A stretch of 55,019 bases of DNA from Nitrosopumilus sp. (lineage in GTDB: Archaea > Thermoproteota > Nitrososphaeria > Nitrososphaerales > Nitrosopumilaceae): contig CBDBGZ010000002.1 of assembly GCA_965205425.1 (NCBI GenBank), forward strand, positions 1 to 55,019, given 5' to 3'. Each line of letters begins with the position of its first letter. Within the stretch, counting starts at the first letter, position 1. Of the stretch, positions 29,676 through 41,254 are shown one piece after another. A program made the position numbers and the translations under genes. The notes beneath the pieces were generated by a model, which worked only from the letters and a program-made list of their open reading frames with translations, was not told where the DNA came from and did not search any database.

Positions 29676-30404
29676 TTATGAATATGGAGTTGTTTCTTTA
29701 TGAGATTCAAATTTATTCCAGAATAATCCCAAAATTATACCAATTGAAATCCAAAAGGATGAAATTCCTAGAATCGACATTAATCTAAATTCATTTACAA
29801 GATTCACAGGAGCTGTGATTTCATCAGGATTTTCAGGCATTACAAAGAAAACTGCAGATATGAAAATACCATAGCCGATTACAGATACAAATTTTTTATT
29901 ATTTTTAAATTTCTTAGATAATTTGTAAAATGCAAGTGCGCCCACTCCAGATATTGCAATAAAAGAAAGATACAAGATTGCCCTCAACACAATGGTTTCC
30001 GCATCACCTACGGTTGGAGGATTTGCAGGATATTTGATAAAAGGTATCAGATACATAGTAAACCACATCATTCCAGATAATATGATGGATTTTTTTACAG
30101 TGTGATTGCCAGGTAGTGAATTTTTGGATAATGCAAACACTATTCCAAAAAGAGATCCTACAGAAGTTCCTAAAATAACACCTGCAAGAACTTGTCCGCT
30201 TTTCTGCCAAGTTCTGTATCCATCATATTCTGCCCAAAATTGTGGGGTGTCTTCTGCTTCTCCAGAATCAAATAAATTTTGATTTTCAATTCCTATGGCT
30301 TGATCAAGATATGGCTCAACGATTGCAAAGTTTACAGTTCCATGAATTAGGCCTGCAAGTGCACCAGAGAGCAAAACAATTGTGATAAAAATAATAGTTT
30401 TCAA
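29676..30404 (-). CDS. cbtA: Putative cobalt transporter subunit CbtA
   Basis: EPYLDQAI and KYPANPP motifs; TM helices. Confidence 0.88.
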   Translation of the reverse strand: MKTIIFITIVLLSGALAGLIHGTVNFAIVEPYLDQAIGIENQNLFDSGEAEDTPQFWAEYDGYRTWQKSGQVLAGVILGTSVGSLFGIVFALSKNSLPGNHTVKKSIILSGMMWFTMYLIPFIKYPANPPTVGDAETIVLRAILYLSFIAISGVGALAFYKLSKKFKNNKKFVSVIGYGIFISAVFFVMPENPDEITAPVNLVNEFRLMSILGISSFWISIGIILGLFWNKFESHKETTPYS

Positions 30405-30416
30405 AAGAGAGAATGC

Positions 30417-30653
30417 CTAATGACAAGGAAAGCCTGCTGCATGTCTCATATCATGAGTGAACTCATGAATTACCAAAGGATCAAAACCACCATTAGTTCC
30501 ATCTGCAGCAAATACTAAATTTACAATATGACCATTATCAAATCCAACAACAAATAATCCTGCAGTAAATACAATAGCTAATGCAAGAATTGCCAGTTTT
30601 GATACCCCAATTTTTGAGACAGTAATTTGTCTTGATTCAGACATGAAAATCAT
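30417..30653 (-). CDS. cbtB: Putative cobalt transporter subunit CbtB
   Basis: C-terminal HEFTHDMRHAAGFPCH. Confidence 0.93.
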   Translation of the reverse strand: MIFMSESRQITVSKIGVSKLAILALAIVFTAGLFVVGFDNGHIVNLVFAADGTNGGFDPLVIHEFTHDMRHAAGFPCH

Positions 30654-30788
30654 CTTTCTCTGAATATATTTAAGCCCTTGGATGATGATTTTACTTATAA
30701 AGAAATCAGATGTTCTTTACAAAATCTGTTTGTATAAGATCTAACATACTGGTCTTTTTGATACATTTTTTCCATAAAAAATTGTAAA

Positions 30789-31565
30789 ATGAGCACATCA
30801 AATACAAATACAAAAGACGAAAAGTATGAAAAACAACTCTCGGAGATCATACAAGGAGAATTAATTGATCTCTATGGAGCTAGTGGATACAAATCAATTA
30901 TGCAGACAATGGTAAAAATCAGTGGAAGGGATGAACAAGAAATTATTACAAATTACGAATTATTTGCAGAATTATCTGAAGGAGTATTTGGTAGATTAGC
31001 AGAGACAAAAATATTGGGCACAATTAAACTTGAAATGCTCAAGATTGGAGAGAAGAATATTCATCAAATTAAATCATCTAAAGAAAAATCTTTGAGAATA
31101 CTAATTGCAGATGATGAAATTGATATTTTGACTCTTTACAAAACATTCCTAGAAGCAAAAGGTAAAGAAATCACAACTGTGACTGATGGTCGTAAATGTG
31201 TTGAGATGTACAAAAAGAAAAACAATACCGAAACATCAGGAAATTATTTTGATGTCGTAATATTAGATCAAAAAATGCCAATCATGACAGGATTACAAGC
31301 TGCAGTGAAAATTCTAGAGATTAATCCTCAACAAAAAATTATTTTTGCATCAGGATATCTTGAAAAAACATTACTTGATGTATTAACAGTATTAAATAAA
31401 GCAATTGCAGTAATTGAAAAGCCATTTTCACTTGACGTGTTAGACCACATGATAAACAGTACAGAAATATTTGAAAAATTAGAAAAAATTTCAATAAATC
31501 AAGAAGAGAAAGAGATCAAACAAAAAATATCAGAAATAGTAACAGTTTTAGAAAATCAAATTTAG
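30789..31565 (+). CDS. Response regulator receiver protein with N-terminal extension
   Basis: ILIADDE, LDQKMP and EKPF motifs. Confidence 0.9.
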   Translation: MSTSNTNTKDEKYEKQLSEIIQGELIDLYGASGYKSIMQTMVKISGRDEQEIITNYELFAELSEGVFGRLAETKILGTIKLEMLKIGEKNIHQIKSSKEKSLRILIADDEIDILTLYKTFLEAKGKEITTVTDGRKCVEMYKKKNNTETSGNYFDVVILDQKMPIMTGLQAAVKILEINPQQKIIFASGYLEKTLLDVLTVLNKAIAVIEKPFSLDVLDHMINSTEIFEKLEKISINQEEKEIKQKISEIVTVLENQI

Positions 31566-31605
31566 ATTAGAGAAAATATTTACTTGAAATAAAAGTAATC
31601 TCAGC

Positions 31606-32250
31606 ATGACAAGATTTGTTTTACTAGGAATACCAGTAGTAATTGGAATTATTACAGGTGGGTTTTTGGCATTTTATCCTGAATCTGAATCGGGCTCAGA
31701 TTTTCTTACTGTAAAAAAATTAAACAATGGAGGTTCTCTAATTATGGGCAATGAAAATGCACCAATTACAATCTTAGAATGGGGGGATTATCAGTGTACA
31801 TTTTGCTACAAATTCCATCAGAATACTCTAGATAAAATTAATGAAGACTTTATCAAAACAGGGAAAGTCAAACTTGTTTTCAAAGATTTTCCATTAAATG
31901 GGTTGGATTCACTACTTGCGGCAGAAGCCGCATATTGTGCAAATGATCAAGGGAAATATTGGCAATTCCATGATGAATTATACGAAAACTGGGGAGGTGA
32001 AAGAACAGGTTGGATTACAAGGGATTCTTTAGATGAATTTGCAACAAGTGTTAGTTTGGATTTAGAGGAATTCAACAAGTGTATAGATGATGAAAAATAT
32101 CAAAACAAGGTTATTTCACTCCATGAGTTTGGAAAAGAGATAGGAATTGACGCCACTCCATCATTTTTAGTATTTAATGATGAAAAAATTATCAAAATCA
32201 GAGGGAATCAACCATTTGAAGTATTTCTTAAAACATTTGATGAACTATAA
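31606..32250 (+). CDS. DsbA-family oxidoreductase
   Basis: DYQCTFC and ATPSF motifs. Confidence 0.92.
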   Translation: MTRFVLLGIPVVIGIITGGFLAFYPESESGSDFLTVKKLNNGGSLIMGNENAPITILEWGDYQCTFCYKFHQNTLDKINEDFIKTGKVKLVFKDFPLNGLDSLLAAEAAYCANDQGKYWQFHDELYENWGGERTGWITRDSLDEFATSVSLDLEEFNKCIDDEKYQNKVISLHEFGKEIGIDATPSFLVFNDEKIIKIRGNQPFEVFLKTFDEL

Positions 32251-32304
32251 TTTTCAAAGTTAATCATTCAAAAAGATATATTCGCAAATTAAGAACAGAC
32301 CATA

Positions 32305-33585
32305 ATGCCTAAGATCGATATTGAAAAACAAGATTCAGTAAAAATATACAAAATTAGAAAAACCTTAGAAGAGTTATCTCAAAAATCAGGTCGAGGTACA
32401 GAATTAATCACAGTGTATATTCCAAAAGGAAAACAATTACATGAAATAATCAATTCACTCCAGCAAGAACAAGGAACAGCTGATAACATAAAATCAGATT
32501 TAACAAGATCACATGTTGTAGATTCTCTAGGAAAAGTTGTCCAGAGATTAAAGTTGTATAAAAAAACACCAGAAAAAGGACTGGTTATATTTTGTGGTGC
32601 ACTACCACCAGAGGAAGGTGGACCATTAGGAAGTGAAGTTGTCACAATTTGGGAAATTGATCCTCCAAAAGATCTGAATCAATATTTGTACAGATGTGAT
32701 GATCACTTCCACGTAGACATCCTAAAGGATATGTTAAAGGATGACAATTTAATTGGATTTTTAGCTATTGACGCAAAGGATGCAGGTTGGGGATTATTAC
32801 ATGGGGATAAAATTGAAGTATTGTCACAAACAGGTTCGGGAGTTGCTGGAAAACACAGACAAGGAGGACAATCTGCAAAAAGATTCCAGAAATTAAGAGA
32901 AATGGAATTAAGTTATTTCTATAACAGAGTTGCTCAAACTACTAGAGAATATTTTATCGACATTTACCCAGTAAAAGGATTAATCATTTCAGGTCCAGGA
33001 CCTACAAAAGAAGATTTCATAAACGGGAATTATCTAGAATACAGGTTACAAAATAACATTATCAATACAATTGATGCATCCTATTCTGGAGCTGAAGGGA
33101 TTAGAGAAGCATTTGCAAAATCTTCAGACATTTTAGGTAATTTCAGACTAGTTGAAGAGAAAAAAATGGTAGAAGATCTTTTCAGAGAAATCAACACAAA
33201 TACAGGAAAAGGGTCTTATGGTTTACAAGAAGTAATAGAATTTTTAAAAAATAATGTTGTTCAAATTTTGTTAATTACAGATAATACAAATCTACACAGA
33301 GTTGAAGGAAAATGCAAACGTTGTAATCACATCCAAGAAGAGATAGTTGAAAGACCATTAGTCATTCCAAAAAAGACAGAATATTCATCAAAACCATGTC
33401 CAGGATGTAATGCTATGGAAGTAGAAGTTAATGAACAAGACATTGTAGATTATTTGCAAATATTAGCATCTAAAACAGGATCACAGCTTGAAGTAGTTTC
33501 TGGAAGTGCGGAACACGGGAATATGCTTGCAAGTTTAGGGAAAATTGGTGCAATTTTGAGATACAATCCAGGTCATTCTAAATAA
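32305..33585 (+). CDS. prf1: Peptide chain release factor aRF1
   Basis: NIKS, YRCDDHF and GGQS motifs. Confidence 0.98.
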   Translation: MPKIDIEKQDSVKIYKIRKTLEELSQKSGRGTELITVYIPKGKQLHEIINSLQQEQGTADNIKSDLTRSHVVDSLGKVVQRLKLYKKTPEKGLVIFCGALPPEEGGPLGSEVVTIWEIDPPKDLNQYLYRCDDHFHVDILKDMLKDDNLIGFLAIDAKDAGWGLLHGDKIEVLSQTGSGVAGKHRQGGQSAKRFQKLREMELSYFYNRVAQTTREYFIDIYPVKGLIISGPGPTKEDFINGNYLEYRLQNNIINTIDASYSGAEGIREAFAKSSDILGNFRLVEEKKMVEDLFREINTNTGKGSYGLQEVIEFLKNNVVQILLITDNTNLHRVEGKCKRCNHIQEEIVERPLVIPKKTEYSSKPCPGCNAMEVEVNEQDIVDYLQILASKTGSQLEVVSGSAEHGNMLASLGKIGAILRYNPGHSK

Positions 33586-33989
33586 GACCGAATTTTTTTA
33601 GATAATTCTAATAATTCATCATCACTAGAAATTTGACGTTTTGTCCATACAGTTCCTTTACTATTGTATCTAGGAATGATATGAATATGTACATGAGGTA
33701 TGATTTGTTTTGCTGCTCTTCCATTATTTTGACCCAGACTAAATGCATCAGCACCGGTAGCTTCCAAAATTGCTTTTGCTATTTTTGGGACTATTGAGAA
33801 AACATTTCCAACATCATTAGAATCCATGTCAGTGATTTTTTCATGGTGTTTTCGAGGAATAACTAAACTGTGGCCAACATCGATTGGATATTTATCTAAA
33901 AATGCCACATGGGATTCATCTTCATAAAGGAAATAACCATCTCTTTTGCCATCTAAAATATCACAAAAGATACAACTCATAGAGAACAA
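33573..33989 (-). CDS. HIT family protein
   Basis: CIFC and HVHIH motifs. Confidence 0.95.
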   Translation of the reverse strand: MFSMSCIFCDILDGKRDGYFLYEDESHVAFLDKYPIDVGHSLVIPRKHHEKITDMDSNDVGNVFSIVPKIAKAILEATGADAFSLGQNNGRAAKQIIPHVHIHIIPRYNSKGTVWTKRQISSDDELLELSKKIRSYLE

Positions 33990-34340
33990 GATTTAGTGAT
34001 TTTATTTATTACTTTTATTCAATTTAAAATGAAATTATTTTTTTGTCAGGCACAGATTGTCAACTGTGAAAAGTAAAACCCAAAGATTTAGTTTTCTTCT
34101 TTTCCACAATGCATGCATCTTTTTGTGGATAAAATCTCAAACCACACAAAATCATGAATAAATCCCTCTTTGCAAGTCACATGTACTGTAAAAGAAATAA
34201 CATTACAAAGAATCTAGTCAAAAACAGTATCGATCAACATGAACAATTTTTGGGATTTCAATATGCTCATACTCGACATGTGACACAACAGATAGTTACG
34301 AATGGTTAATTAGGGCAATTTTGTGAGTTGAATTAATCCA

Positions 34341-34937
34341 ATGGGCCGAAAAGAGAGACGAGAACGTGAAGTAAAACGTGAAAATTACGCTACAAAACAT
34401 TCTGCAGAAAAAAGAAAACAAACCCTAATTGCAATTGGTGTGTTAGCTGTAATTGTAGTAATTGTCGGATATGCAGCATACCTGTTTTTGAATATGACAG
34501 AAACTGCACCTGGAGGACCAGAAAATGCAGGGGCATTAGGTAGTGAGCACTCACATGCAGCACTGTTAGTAAAGATTTTTGGAGATACATTTGAATTTTC
34601 TAGTCCAGCATTTCAAATCAAATCAAGTTGGATTCATTTTGAAGGAAGAGACGGGTCTACAATCCACAAACATGCAACAGGAGTAGATTTAGGATATCTC
34701 TTTGACACATTGGCAATTGGTCTTGATGAACAATGCTACATTTTCCCAGATGGAAAACAATTTTGTTCTGATGAAGACTATAAACTGAAATTCTTCATCA
34801 ACAGAGAACAAGTTTCAGATATTAGGGATTATCAAATCATGGAAGATGATAGAATTTTGATTGTATTTGGATCAGAAACTCCTGATGAAATTGAAGCATA
34901 TCTATTACAATTAGATAATCAAGAATTAGTAAAATAG
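34341..34937 (+). CDS. Hypothetical single-TM protein with His-rich motifs
   Basis: TM segment; HSHA, IHFE and IHKH. Confidence 0.8.
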   Translation: MGRKERREREVKRENYATKHSAEKRKQTLIAIGVLAVIVVIVGYAAYLFLNMTETAPGGPENAGALGSEHSHAALLVKIFGDTFEFSSPAFQIKSSWIHFEGRDGSTIHKHATGVDLGYLFDTLAIGLDEQCYIFPDGKQFCSDEDYKLKFFINREQVSDIRDYQIMEDDRILIVFGSETPDEIEAYLLQLDNQELVK

Positions 34938-34942
34938 AATCC

Positions 34943-35155
34943 TCAAGATTCTTCTTTTGTAGTAAATGATGATGCATTTTTGTCAAAGAACATGTAAAAG
35001 CCACATTGTACACATCTTAAAACAGTCAAATCAGTAGTAAGAAATTCCTTATCTTCAAAACGTCCGCTAAGTTTAACATTGTCTCCAGCAATCTCAGCCT
35101 TGTTGCTCTTACAGACTGGACATTCTAATGCTTTTTGTTCCATAAAACGGTTCAA
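34943..35155 (-). CDS. Small zinc-ribbon protein
   Basis: CPVC...CVQCG. Confidence 0.75.
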   Translation of the reverse strand: MNRFMEQKALECPVCKSNKAEIAGDNVKLSGRFEDKEFLTTDLTVLRCVQCGFYMFFDKNASSFTTKEES

Positions 35156-35254
35156 AATATTTACAATTTAAACTCAATGAAAGATTTCAATCACATAATT
35201 GCAATAAAGTCTCAATTTGATGGGATTATATCGCACTGAAATATTAAAAAAGAC

Positions 35255-35413
35255 ATGATTCCAAAAGGAAACATACCAGGCGTATGTGAAGATTGTGGTG
35301 AACACATCACATATTCTAAAAATAGCATGCAAACTCATGCAGAACTTTTGAAAAAACATCGATGTCCAAAATGTGGGAATTTTGCATTAAAAACACTAAG
35401 TTCAGATATTTAA
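35255..35413 (+). CDS. 52-aa CPxCG-type zinc-finger microprotein
   Basis: Manual translation MIPKGNIPGVCEDCGEHITYSKNSMQTHAELLKKHRCPKCGNFALKTLSSDI. Confidence 0.7.
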   Translation: MIPKGNIPGVCEDCGEHITYSKNSMQTHAELLKKHRCPKCGNFALKTLSSDI

Positions 35414-35515
35414 TTAGATAGAGGCAGAGACTGGTTTTCTCTTTTTTAATTAGTCAATTATGATATTGACAATATCAATAAAGTCTAAATTATACCAATC
35501 TAAATTTGACATGTT

Positions 35516-37189
35516 ATGGAAATATCTAGTCAAAACGTTGTAGGAGGAACAGCTCGTTCACCTCATAGAGCAATGTACAAAGCTATGGGATTAGATGATA
35601 ACGATCTCAGTAAACCATTCATCGGAGTTTGTCATACGGGGAATGAAGCAACTCCATGTAACATATTATTGCCAACATTAGCTGAAGAAGCAAAAAAAGG
35701 AGTTGTAGAAAACGGAGCAACCCCAAGGATATTTTCAACAATAGCAGTCAGTGACGGAATTGCCATGGGACATGAAGGAATGAAATCATCTTTGATATCA
35801 CGTGAAGTTATTGCAGATTCAATTGAATTGATGGTAAGAGCCCATCAATACGATGGAATTGTAGGAATTGCAGGATGTGATAAAAGTTTACCAGGTACAA
35901 TGATGGCAATGGCCAGACTCAATCTACCATCAGTCTTTGTATACGGAGGAACAATCATGCCAGGGATTCTAGATGGGAAAGAGCTAACAGTGGTGGATGT
36001 TTATGAAGCAGTTGGCGCATATGATGCTGGACAAATTTCTTTAGAAATGTTAAAAAATATTGAAAATACAGCATGTCCTAGTTCTGGTTCATGTGGTGGA
36101 ATGTTCACTGCAAACACAATGGCATCAATTTCAGAAGCTATAGGATTAGCATTACCAGGAAGTGCAAGTCCACCTGCAGAAGATGAACGACGAAACAAAA
36201 TGGTTTACGATACAGGTGCTGCATGTGCAAAATTATTAGAATTAAACATTAAACCAAGAGACATTATGACGTATGAAGCATTTGAAAATTCAATTGTAAT
36301 GCTTAATGCAGTTGGCGGTTCAACAAATGGAATTTTACATTTACTATCAATGGCAAATGAAGCTGGAGTAAAATTAACTTATGATGATTTTGAAAGAATT
36401 AGAAAAAGAACTCCACACATTGCAGATATGAAACCTGGAGGAAGTTATGTAATGAATAGTCTAGATAAAATTGGAGGAATTCCATTTGTTCTAAAAAAAT
36501 TAGCAGACAAAGGATTACTTAATGGAGATTGTATTACAGTCACAGGAAAATCAATTCAGCAGAATTTGGATTCAATGAGTATTCCTGAACCAGAACAATC
36601 AATCATTAGACCAATTGAGAATCCAATACATACAGTAGGAACTGCAGTTGTACTCAAAGGTAGTCTTGCCCCAGAAGGAGCAGTAATTAAAACTGCAGGA
36701 GTAGAAATGACAAAATTTACAGGTAAAGCCAAAGTCTTTGACAGAGAAGAATACGCTTTTGATGCAGTTGCCAAAGGCGATGTTGAAGAAGGAGATGTTG
36801 TTGTGATTAGGTATGAAGGTCCAAAAGGCGGTCCAGGTATGAGAGAAATGCTTGCAACAACTGCAGCGCTAGTAGGTCAAGGTTTAGGTAAAAAAGTAGC
36901 AATGGTAACGGATGGACGATTTTCGGGAGGAACCAGAGGATTCATGGTAGGACATGTTGCACCAGAAGCATATGTTGGAGGTCCAATTGCACTCGTCAAA
37001 GACGGTGATGAAATTACAATAGATACAGAAACTACAATTATTGATCTTCATGTTTCAGAAGAAGAATTAGCAAAAAGAAAAGAATCTTGGAATAAACCCC
37101 AACCAAACTATACATCAGGTGCATTAGCAAAATATGCAACACTTGTAGGCTCAGCTGCGCAAGGTGCAATTACAACAGCCAACCCTTAG
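35516..37189 (+). CDS. ilvD: Dihydroxy-acid dehydratase
   Basis: [29 protein letters not shown] and TDGRFSGG motifs. Confidence 0.98.
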   Translation: MEISSQNVVGGTARSPHRAMYKAMGLDDNDLSKPFIGVCHTGNEATPCNILLPTLAEEAKKGVVENGATPRIFSTIAVSDGIAMGHEGMKSSLISREVIADSIELMVRAHQYDGIVGIAGCDKSLPGTMMAMARLNLPSVFVYGGTIMPGILDGKELTVVDVYEAVGAYDAGQISLEMLKNIENTACPSSGSCGGMFTANTMASISEAIGLALPGSASPPAEDERRNKMVYDTGAACAKLLELNIKPRDIMTYEAFENSIVMLNAVGGSTNGILHLLSMANEAGVKLTYDDFERIRKRTPHIADMKPGGSYVMNSLDKIGGIPFVLKKLADKGLLNGDCITVTGKSIQQNLDSMSIPEPEQSIIRPIENPIHTVGTAVVLKGSLAPEGAVIKTAGVEMTKFTGKAKVFDREEYAFDAVAKGDVEEGDVVVIRYEGPKGGPGMREMLATTAALVGQGLGKKVAMVTDGRFSGGTRGFMVGHVAPEAYVGGPIALVKDGDEITIDTETTIIDLHVSEEELAKRKESWNKPQPNYTSGALAKYATLVGSAAQGAITTANP

Positions 37190-37324
37190 AAGAACAAATT
37201 GTCTGTTGTATCCCAAAATCAGTTCGTCCCTTATTTTACATCTTTTCTTCTTTTCCTGTCTGTTCATCAATAATTATATGAGACTTGGGCATAATGATTT
37301 ACAAAATGTTTTCATGATTTTGAT

Positions 37325-37910
37325 GGCCTTGTAGAAACCATCTGATTTTAACCCAATTGTGATACATTCTAGCTAATTTAGATCCATTAGGATTGTATTT
37401 GCAGATTACAGTATGGTCTCATCATACGTCAAAATGTGCAAAACACTACTCAATATAATCACCAGATGCAGAATTCCCAGGTTCTTACATCCAAAATCAA
37501 ATCATATCTATTCTGTTTGGACACATCTCATACTCTTGGCAATACGACAGTACGAATCAAAGAGTTATAGAAGATTTACAGAATTTTTAGAAGAATGTGT
37601 AGGAATTCAGGAATATCTTGGTTTGTCTACCATTCCACATTACACCACACTACAAAAGGCAGCTGCAAGACTGGAAGGAAATCTGTTACATAAAATGTTG
37701 CAGGAATTCATTTTGTACAAAAAAGTCAGACTGGTTCTAGCTGGAATTGATGGTAGCGGATTCAGTTACAGTACAGCATCATACTATTATACAAAAAGAG
37801 TACAGTTACGCAGGAATTTCCTAAAAGTTGTTGTTTGTGCTGACATGAATACACAGCTTGTTTGCTGTGTCATGACACACCACAACATGCAACATGATAA
37901 TCCTGATTTT
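37325..37910 (+). mobile_element. 5' half of an IS5-like element (transposase from 37413), truncated by the ISH3 element
   Basis: SYRR, IPHYTTL and GIDGSG motifs; candidate left end GGCCTTGTAGAAA; no continuation after 39232. Confidence 0.8.
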
Positions 37911-39232
37911 CCAGTAGATGGGAAAGTACATCAAATTACACATTCTAGGAAATAATTATTTTTGTTATTTCTAAAGTAATGAATAATTATCTTTACAAAG
38001 AAATATTTGAGAATTTCAATTGATATTATTGGTTTGTAATTTTTTACATTGGTTTCTTCTGAGATAATCAAATTAGCAATTATCCATGCATTGTACAAAA
38101 TCAATGAATAGTAAAAATACAACAATCTTATGGATTGGTTTGAACTGGTGGTTTTTGGTCTGAACCTTCCCACACATGCATATCCTGTTTCAATTCCCCA
38201 ACGTTTCTTGTAATCAGTTGGAATGTTTTGTATGTTATATGATATTTCTTTTGGTGAAACGTTTGTTGCAAACACAACATACTGATCAATAATATTTGAT
38301 TTTTTTCTTGCATTTTTGTTTGGCAGAATAACTAGATTAAATGATTCTACATGTCCTGATGATGATTTTATTGTGTATGGCGAGATTGATTTTCTATCTC
38401 CATTAACGTATTGTAAAATGGCATCTTTGATTCGAGAATTCTTTTTTGCAGGCATTAGAAATTTTAAATTCTTTTGTTTTATTTCTGAAATTGTTCCAGC
38501 TGTGAAAAACTCCCTATCCACTAGCAATAGTTTAATCTTGATTCCATTATTGATGCCATCAGAGAGTAATTTACGCACAAAATCGGCATTTGATATGTTG
38601 TCATACAAAGGATAACAACCTAATTGAGCCCTGATTCTTTTTTCAACGCACTGCATGGTGCAGTAACTCTCAAAATGAGTAGTACTGTTTTTTGATTTTG
38701 ATTTTATTAAAGAATGGTTTGGCAATTTGTCATATCTTGGGATTAGATGTTTGTCAATTGCCACAGTAACTGGTTGCTCCAATACTCCCAATTCTTGTAA
38801 TTTTGATATGGTACTATCCAGTGAACGATGTAATTGAATTTGCATTGTTTTTTGTGATATTTTTGATATAATTTTTCTCAACCATGAAACCCGTTGGAGA
38901 AGCATTATCTGATTCCATTGCCAGTCTCTTTAATCCAGATTCAGAATATGAATTTCCCAAACACAATGACATGATAGAATTATGTGCATCTGCATTGTGG
39001 AACCGTGAGTTATTTTTACTAGAGCATGGAAACAACAAGATATTGTACATTATTTTAGTGATAATCTCAAATGCTTTAGATAGTATCACGCCTTGGTGTG
39101 TCATGGTATCAAATGAAGTACAATGCATATTTGATGGAGTGACATACTTTCATCAAGCTTTTTCTATCTGAATAGATTGATTGAATAATTGATAGTTTTT
39201 GATCTAAATTGAGTTACTTTCCCATCTACTGG
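37911..39232 (-). mobile_element. ISH3-family insertion sequence
   Basis: Perfect 18-bp TIRs CCAGTAGATGGGAAAGTA / TACTTTCCCATCTACTGG; no clean target duplication. Confidence 0.9.
37931..39128 (-). pseudogene. ISH3-type transposase, frameshifted near 38890
   Basis: Two overlapping ORFs join at SPTG/SWLRK; AIDKH, VDREF and YKKRWGIETGY motifs. Confidence 0.85.
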
Positions 39233-39564
39233 ATTTAAACAATATGAAAATTAGACAATCCTAATTAGCTTATTCTAATTAGTTTGCACTAATTTTTACC
39301 CACAACAAATCAGTTATTGACAATTAAATTTTCAAGAGATAACCCATAATACGAACTGTCTATAGGTTTCAATGTTTGCATTAATTCCATTTTTAACAAC
39401 TTGATTTCTTTTTCAGTTTTCATATTATTAGACAGATTATCTTTGTGATAATCTTCTCTTTTCAAATACTACAAACCTATAGCTAACAAAATACTAATTT
39501 TAGAAATTCCAATTATAGAAAATAGTCAATATGCTTAAGTTTAGAGATCATAGAGGGAATAGTC

Positions 39565-39817
39565 ATGGATGAACCAATAGTAGAGATTTCAAAGCAGTTG
39601 ATATCTGCAGATTATGAGATCGGTGCAATATCAAAACAATGGGCAGTACTAAAGCATGAGTATCGAAGCAGTAAAGATCCCACAATCAGAGCAGAGATTA
39701 AAGAAAAGTGGGACAAACTGGAAACCAAAAAAAAAGAATCTTGAAATGAATCGTAGGAAGATAATTGAGAAGAAAGAAGAGATCGAATTCAAAAGTAGAT
39801 GGAAGGACTGGAAATGA
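39565..39817 (+). pseudogene. Small coiled-coil protein frameshifted at an A9 run (39727-39735)
   Basis: MDEPIVEISK...KLETKK; removing one A continues KNLEMNRRKIIEKKEEIEFKSRWKDWK-stop. Confidence 0.55.
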
Positions 39818-39859
39818 AATTATCAATAAGCTTAAGTTCACAGAAAATTCAAAAAATTA

Positions 39860-40299
39860 TTGAGTTTTGAACCTAATTACAGAGCAACATTAGTGATTTT
39901 AGACGACATTGAAGTAAACGGACTAGTTCAATTCAACAAAGAATATGCAGATGAAGAGTTTTTCAGAAATTTTATAAAATTTAGAAAAGCATTTTCTCAT
40001 TCAATGAGTGAATTAATTAGTAAACTAGACACATTTGAAACAAAAAGTAATGAAATGACGAGTTTAATTATTTATTCAGAGTTATCTTTTATCAATTCTC
40101 ACTTAGATGCAATAAAAAATTTCTTAAAATTATCATCAATCCAATAAAACTAGACGAGGGATTTGGTAAAGATACTACGCTTCAACAAATGATTAAAAGA
40201 ATTTCCAAAAAGATGAATTATAATCAAAAATTGCAAAATTCAATTGAAGGGTTATTTTACTTGATTTCAGAGAGGCCACAGTACAAGAATTATTTCTGA
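39860..40299 (+). pseudogene. Hypothetical protein, probably frameshifted near 40128
   Basis: ORF 39860-40147 continues in another frame (IINPIKLDEGFGKDTTLQQMIKRI...). Confidence 0.5.
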
Positions 40300-40343
40300 T
40301 TAAAAAAACAGATCATTTAACCATTTACCCAAATAACTCAAAA

Positions 40344-40538
40344 ATGCAAAAACAACTAGACATTAAAGATTTGGCAGACTATGCATCGCAAGCAATGGAG
40401 ATACTTTCTGCAATGTTTGATTGGTCAAATGGAAAAACAAAAAACCAAAAGAAAAATCCTGATAAATTAGATGGCATTGTAAATGATTTGGCAAAACAAG
40501 TACAAGAACTAGATAAAAAACTTGAGAAATTTTCTTAA
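40344..40538 (+). CDS. Hypothetical protein
   Basis: ORF track. Confidence 0.6.
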   Translation: MQKQLDIKDLADYASQAMEILSAMFDWSNGKTKNQKKNPDKLDGIVNDLAKQVQELDKKLEKFS

Positions 40539-40539
40539 A

Positions 40540-41205
40540 TTATTCTAAATTATTCAAATAGTATTTTTCAACACGTTCAGCCATGGGGTCAATGTAATCA
40601 TCACAGGTTTTGACAAATTCCTGCCTAGTGTTTTTTTCACTGCTGACTAGAATTACTACCTGATTAATTGATTGTCTTGTAACTTCTTTAAACATTTGAG
40701 CATAACAGGTAGTTTGTAAATAATACTCATACATGTATTCATCAACTTGAGGTTTTCTTTTTGTTTTGTAATCGATAATAGATAATTCGCCATTGTATTC
40801 AGCAATTAAATCACTAGTCCCTGCAACTTTTAGTTTATCTGAATACATTCGTTGTTCAATACTAGTAACATTTGAAATATTTTCAAGGAATGGTTTGAGA
40901 TTGTTAAAATGAGCAATTGGTAACAAATCAAATTCTTCCATAGACAAATTATTACTCAAATAATCTTCAATCATTTTATGGGATTGAGTACCAATGTCTT
41001 GTGCTTGTTTTGTAATGTATTTATGGGCGGGTTCATTTTCTTTCCATCGAGCCAATCCATTTTTCTTATGTTCAGGAGCAGTAGCTGATAATATTGTACT
41101 AATTGATGGATAAACTTGGTTAAATTTTGTTTGATACCAATGACCATCCTCTCTATCCAATAATGTAGGTTCGCGTGTCTTTAACATCTGTGTAAAGTTT
41201 GTCAC
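40540..41205 (-). CDS. PD-(D/E)XK exonuclease (MGME1/phage-exonuclease-like)
   Basis: YPSISTILS, GTQSH, AGTSDL, IIDYKT and QTTCYA motifs. Confidence 0.88.
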   Translation of the reverse strand: MTNFTQMLKTREPTLLDREDGHWYQTKFNQVYPSISTILSATAPEHKKNGLARWKENEPAHKYITKQAQDIGTQSHKMIEDYLSNNLSMEEFDLLPIAHFNNLKPFLENISNVTSIEQRMYSDKLKVAGTSDLIAEYNGELSIIDYKTKRKPQVDEYMYEYYLQTTCYAQMFKEVTRQSINQVVILVSSEKNTRQEFVKTCDDYIDPMAERVEKYYLNNLE

Positions 41206-41254
41206 TAAAATTTTTAGTAAATAGCAGTTATTGAATGATTTGGAGAGTCATAGA

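Noticed and set aside
30654..30788. Cobalamin riboswitch upstream of cbtB
   Set aside because: The spacer is short and AT-rich, with no B12-box or conserved stems visible.
34030..34220. Possible small ORF or pseudogene between the HIT gene and 34341
   Set aside because: Only short frames without convincing motifs were found.
37203..37295. Possible small MITE after ilvD
   Set aside because: The inverted repeat is short and imperfect, with no target duplication.
40540..41205. Cas4 / CRISPR-associated nuclease
   Set aside because: It lacks the four-Cys Fe-S motif, and there is no array or cas1 nearby.
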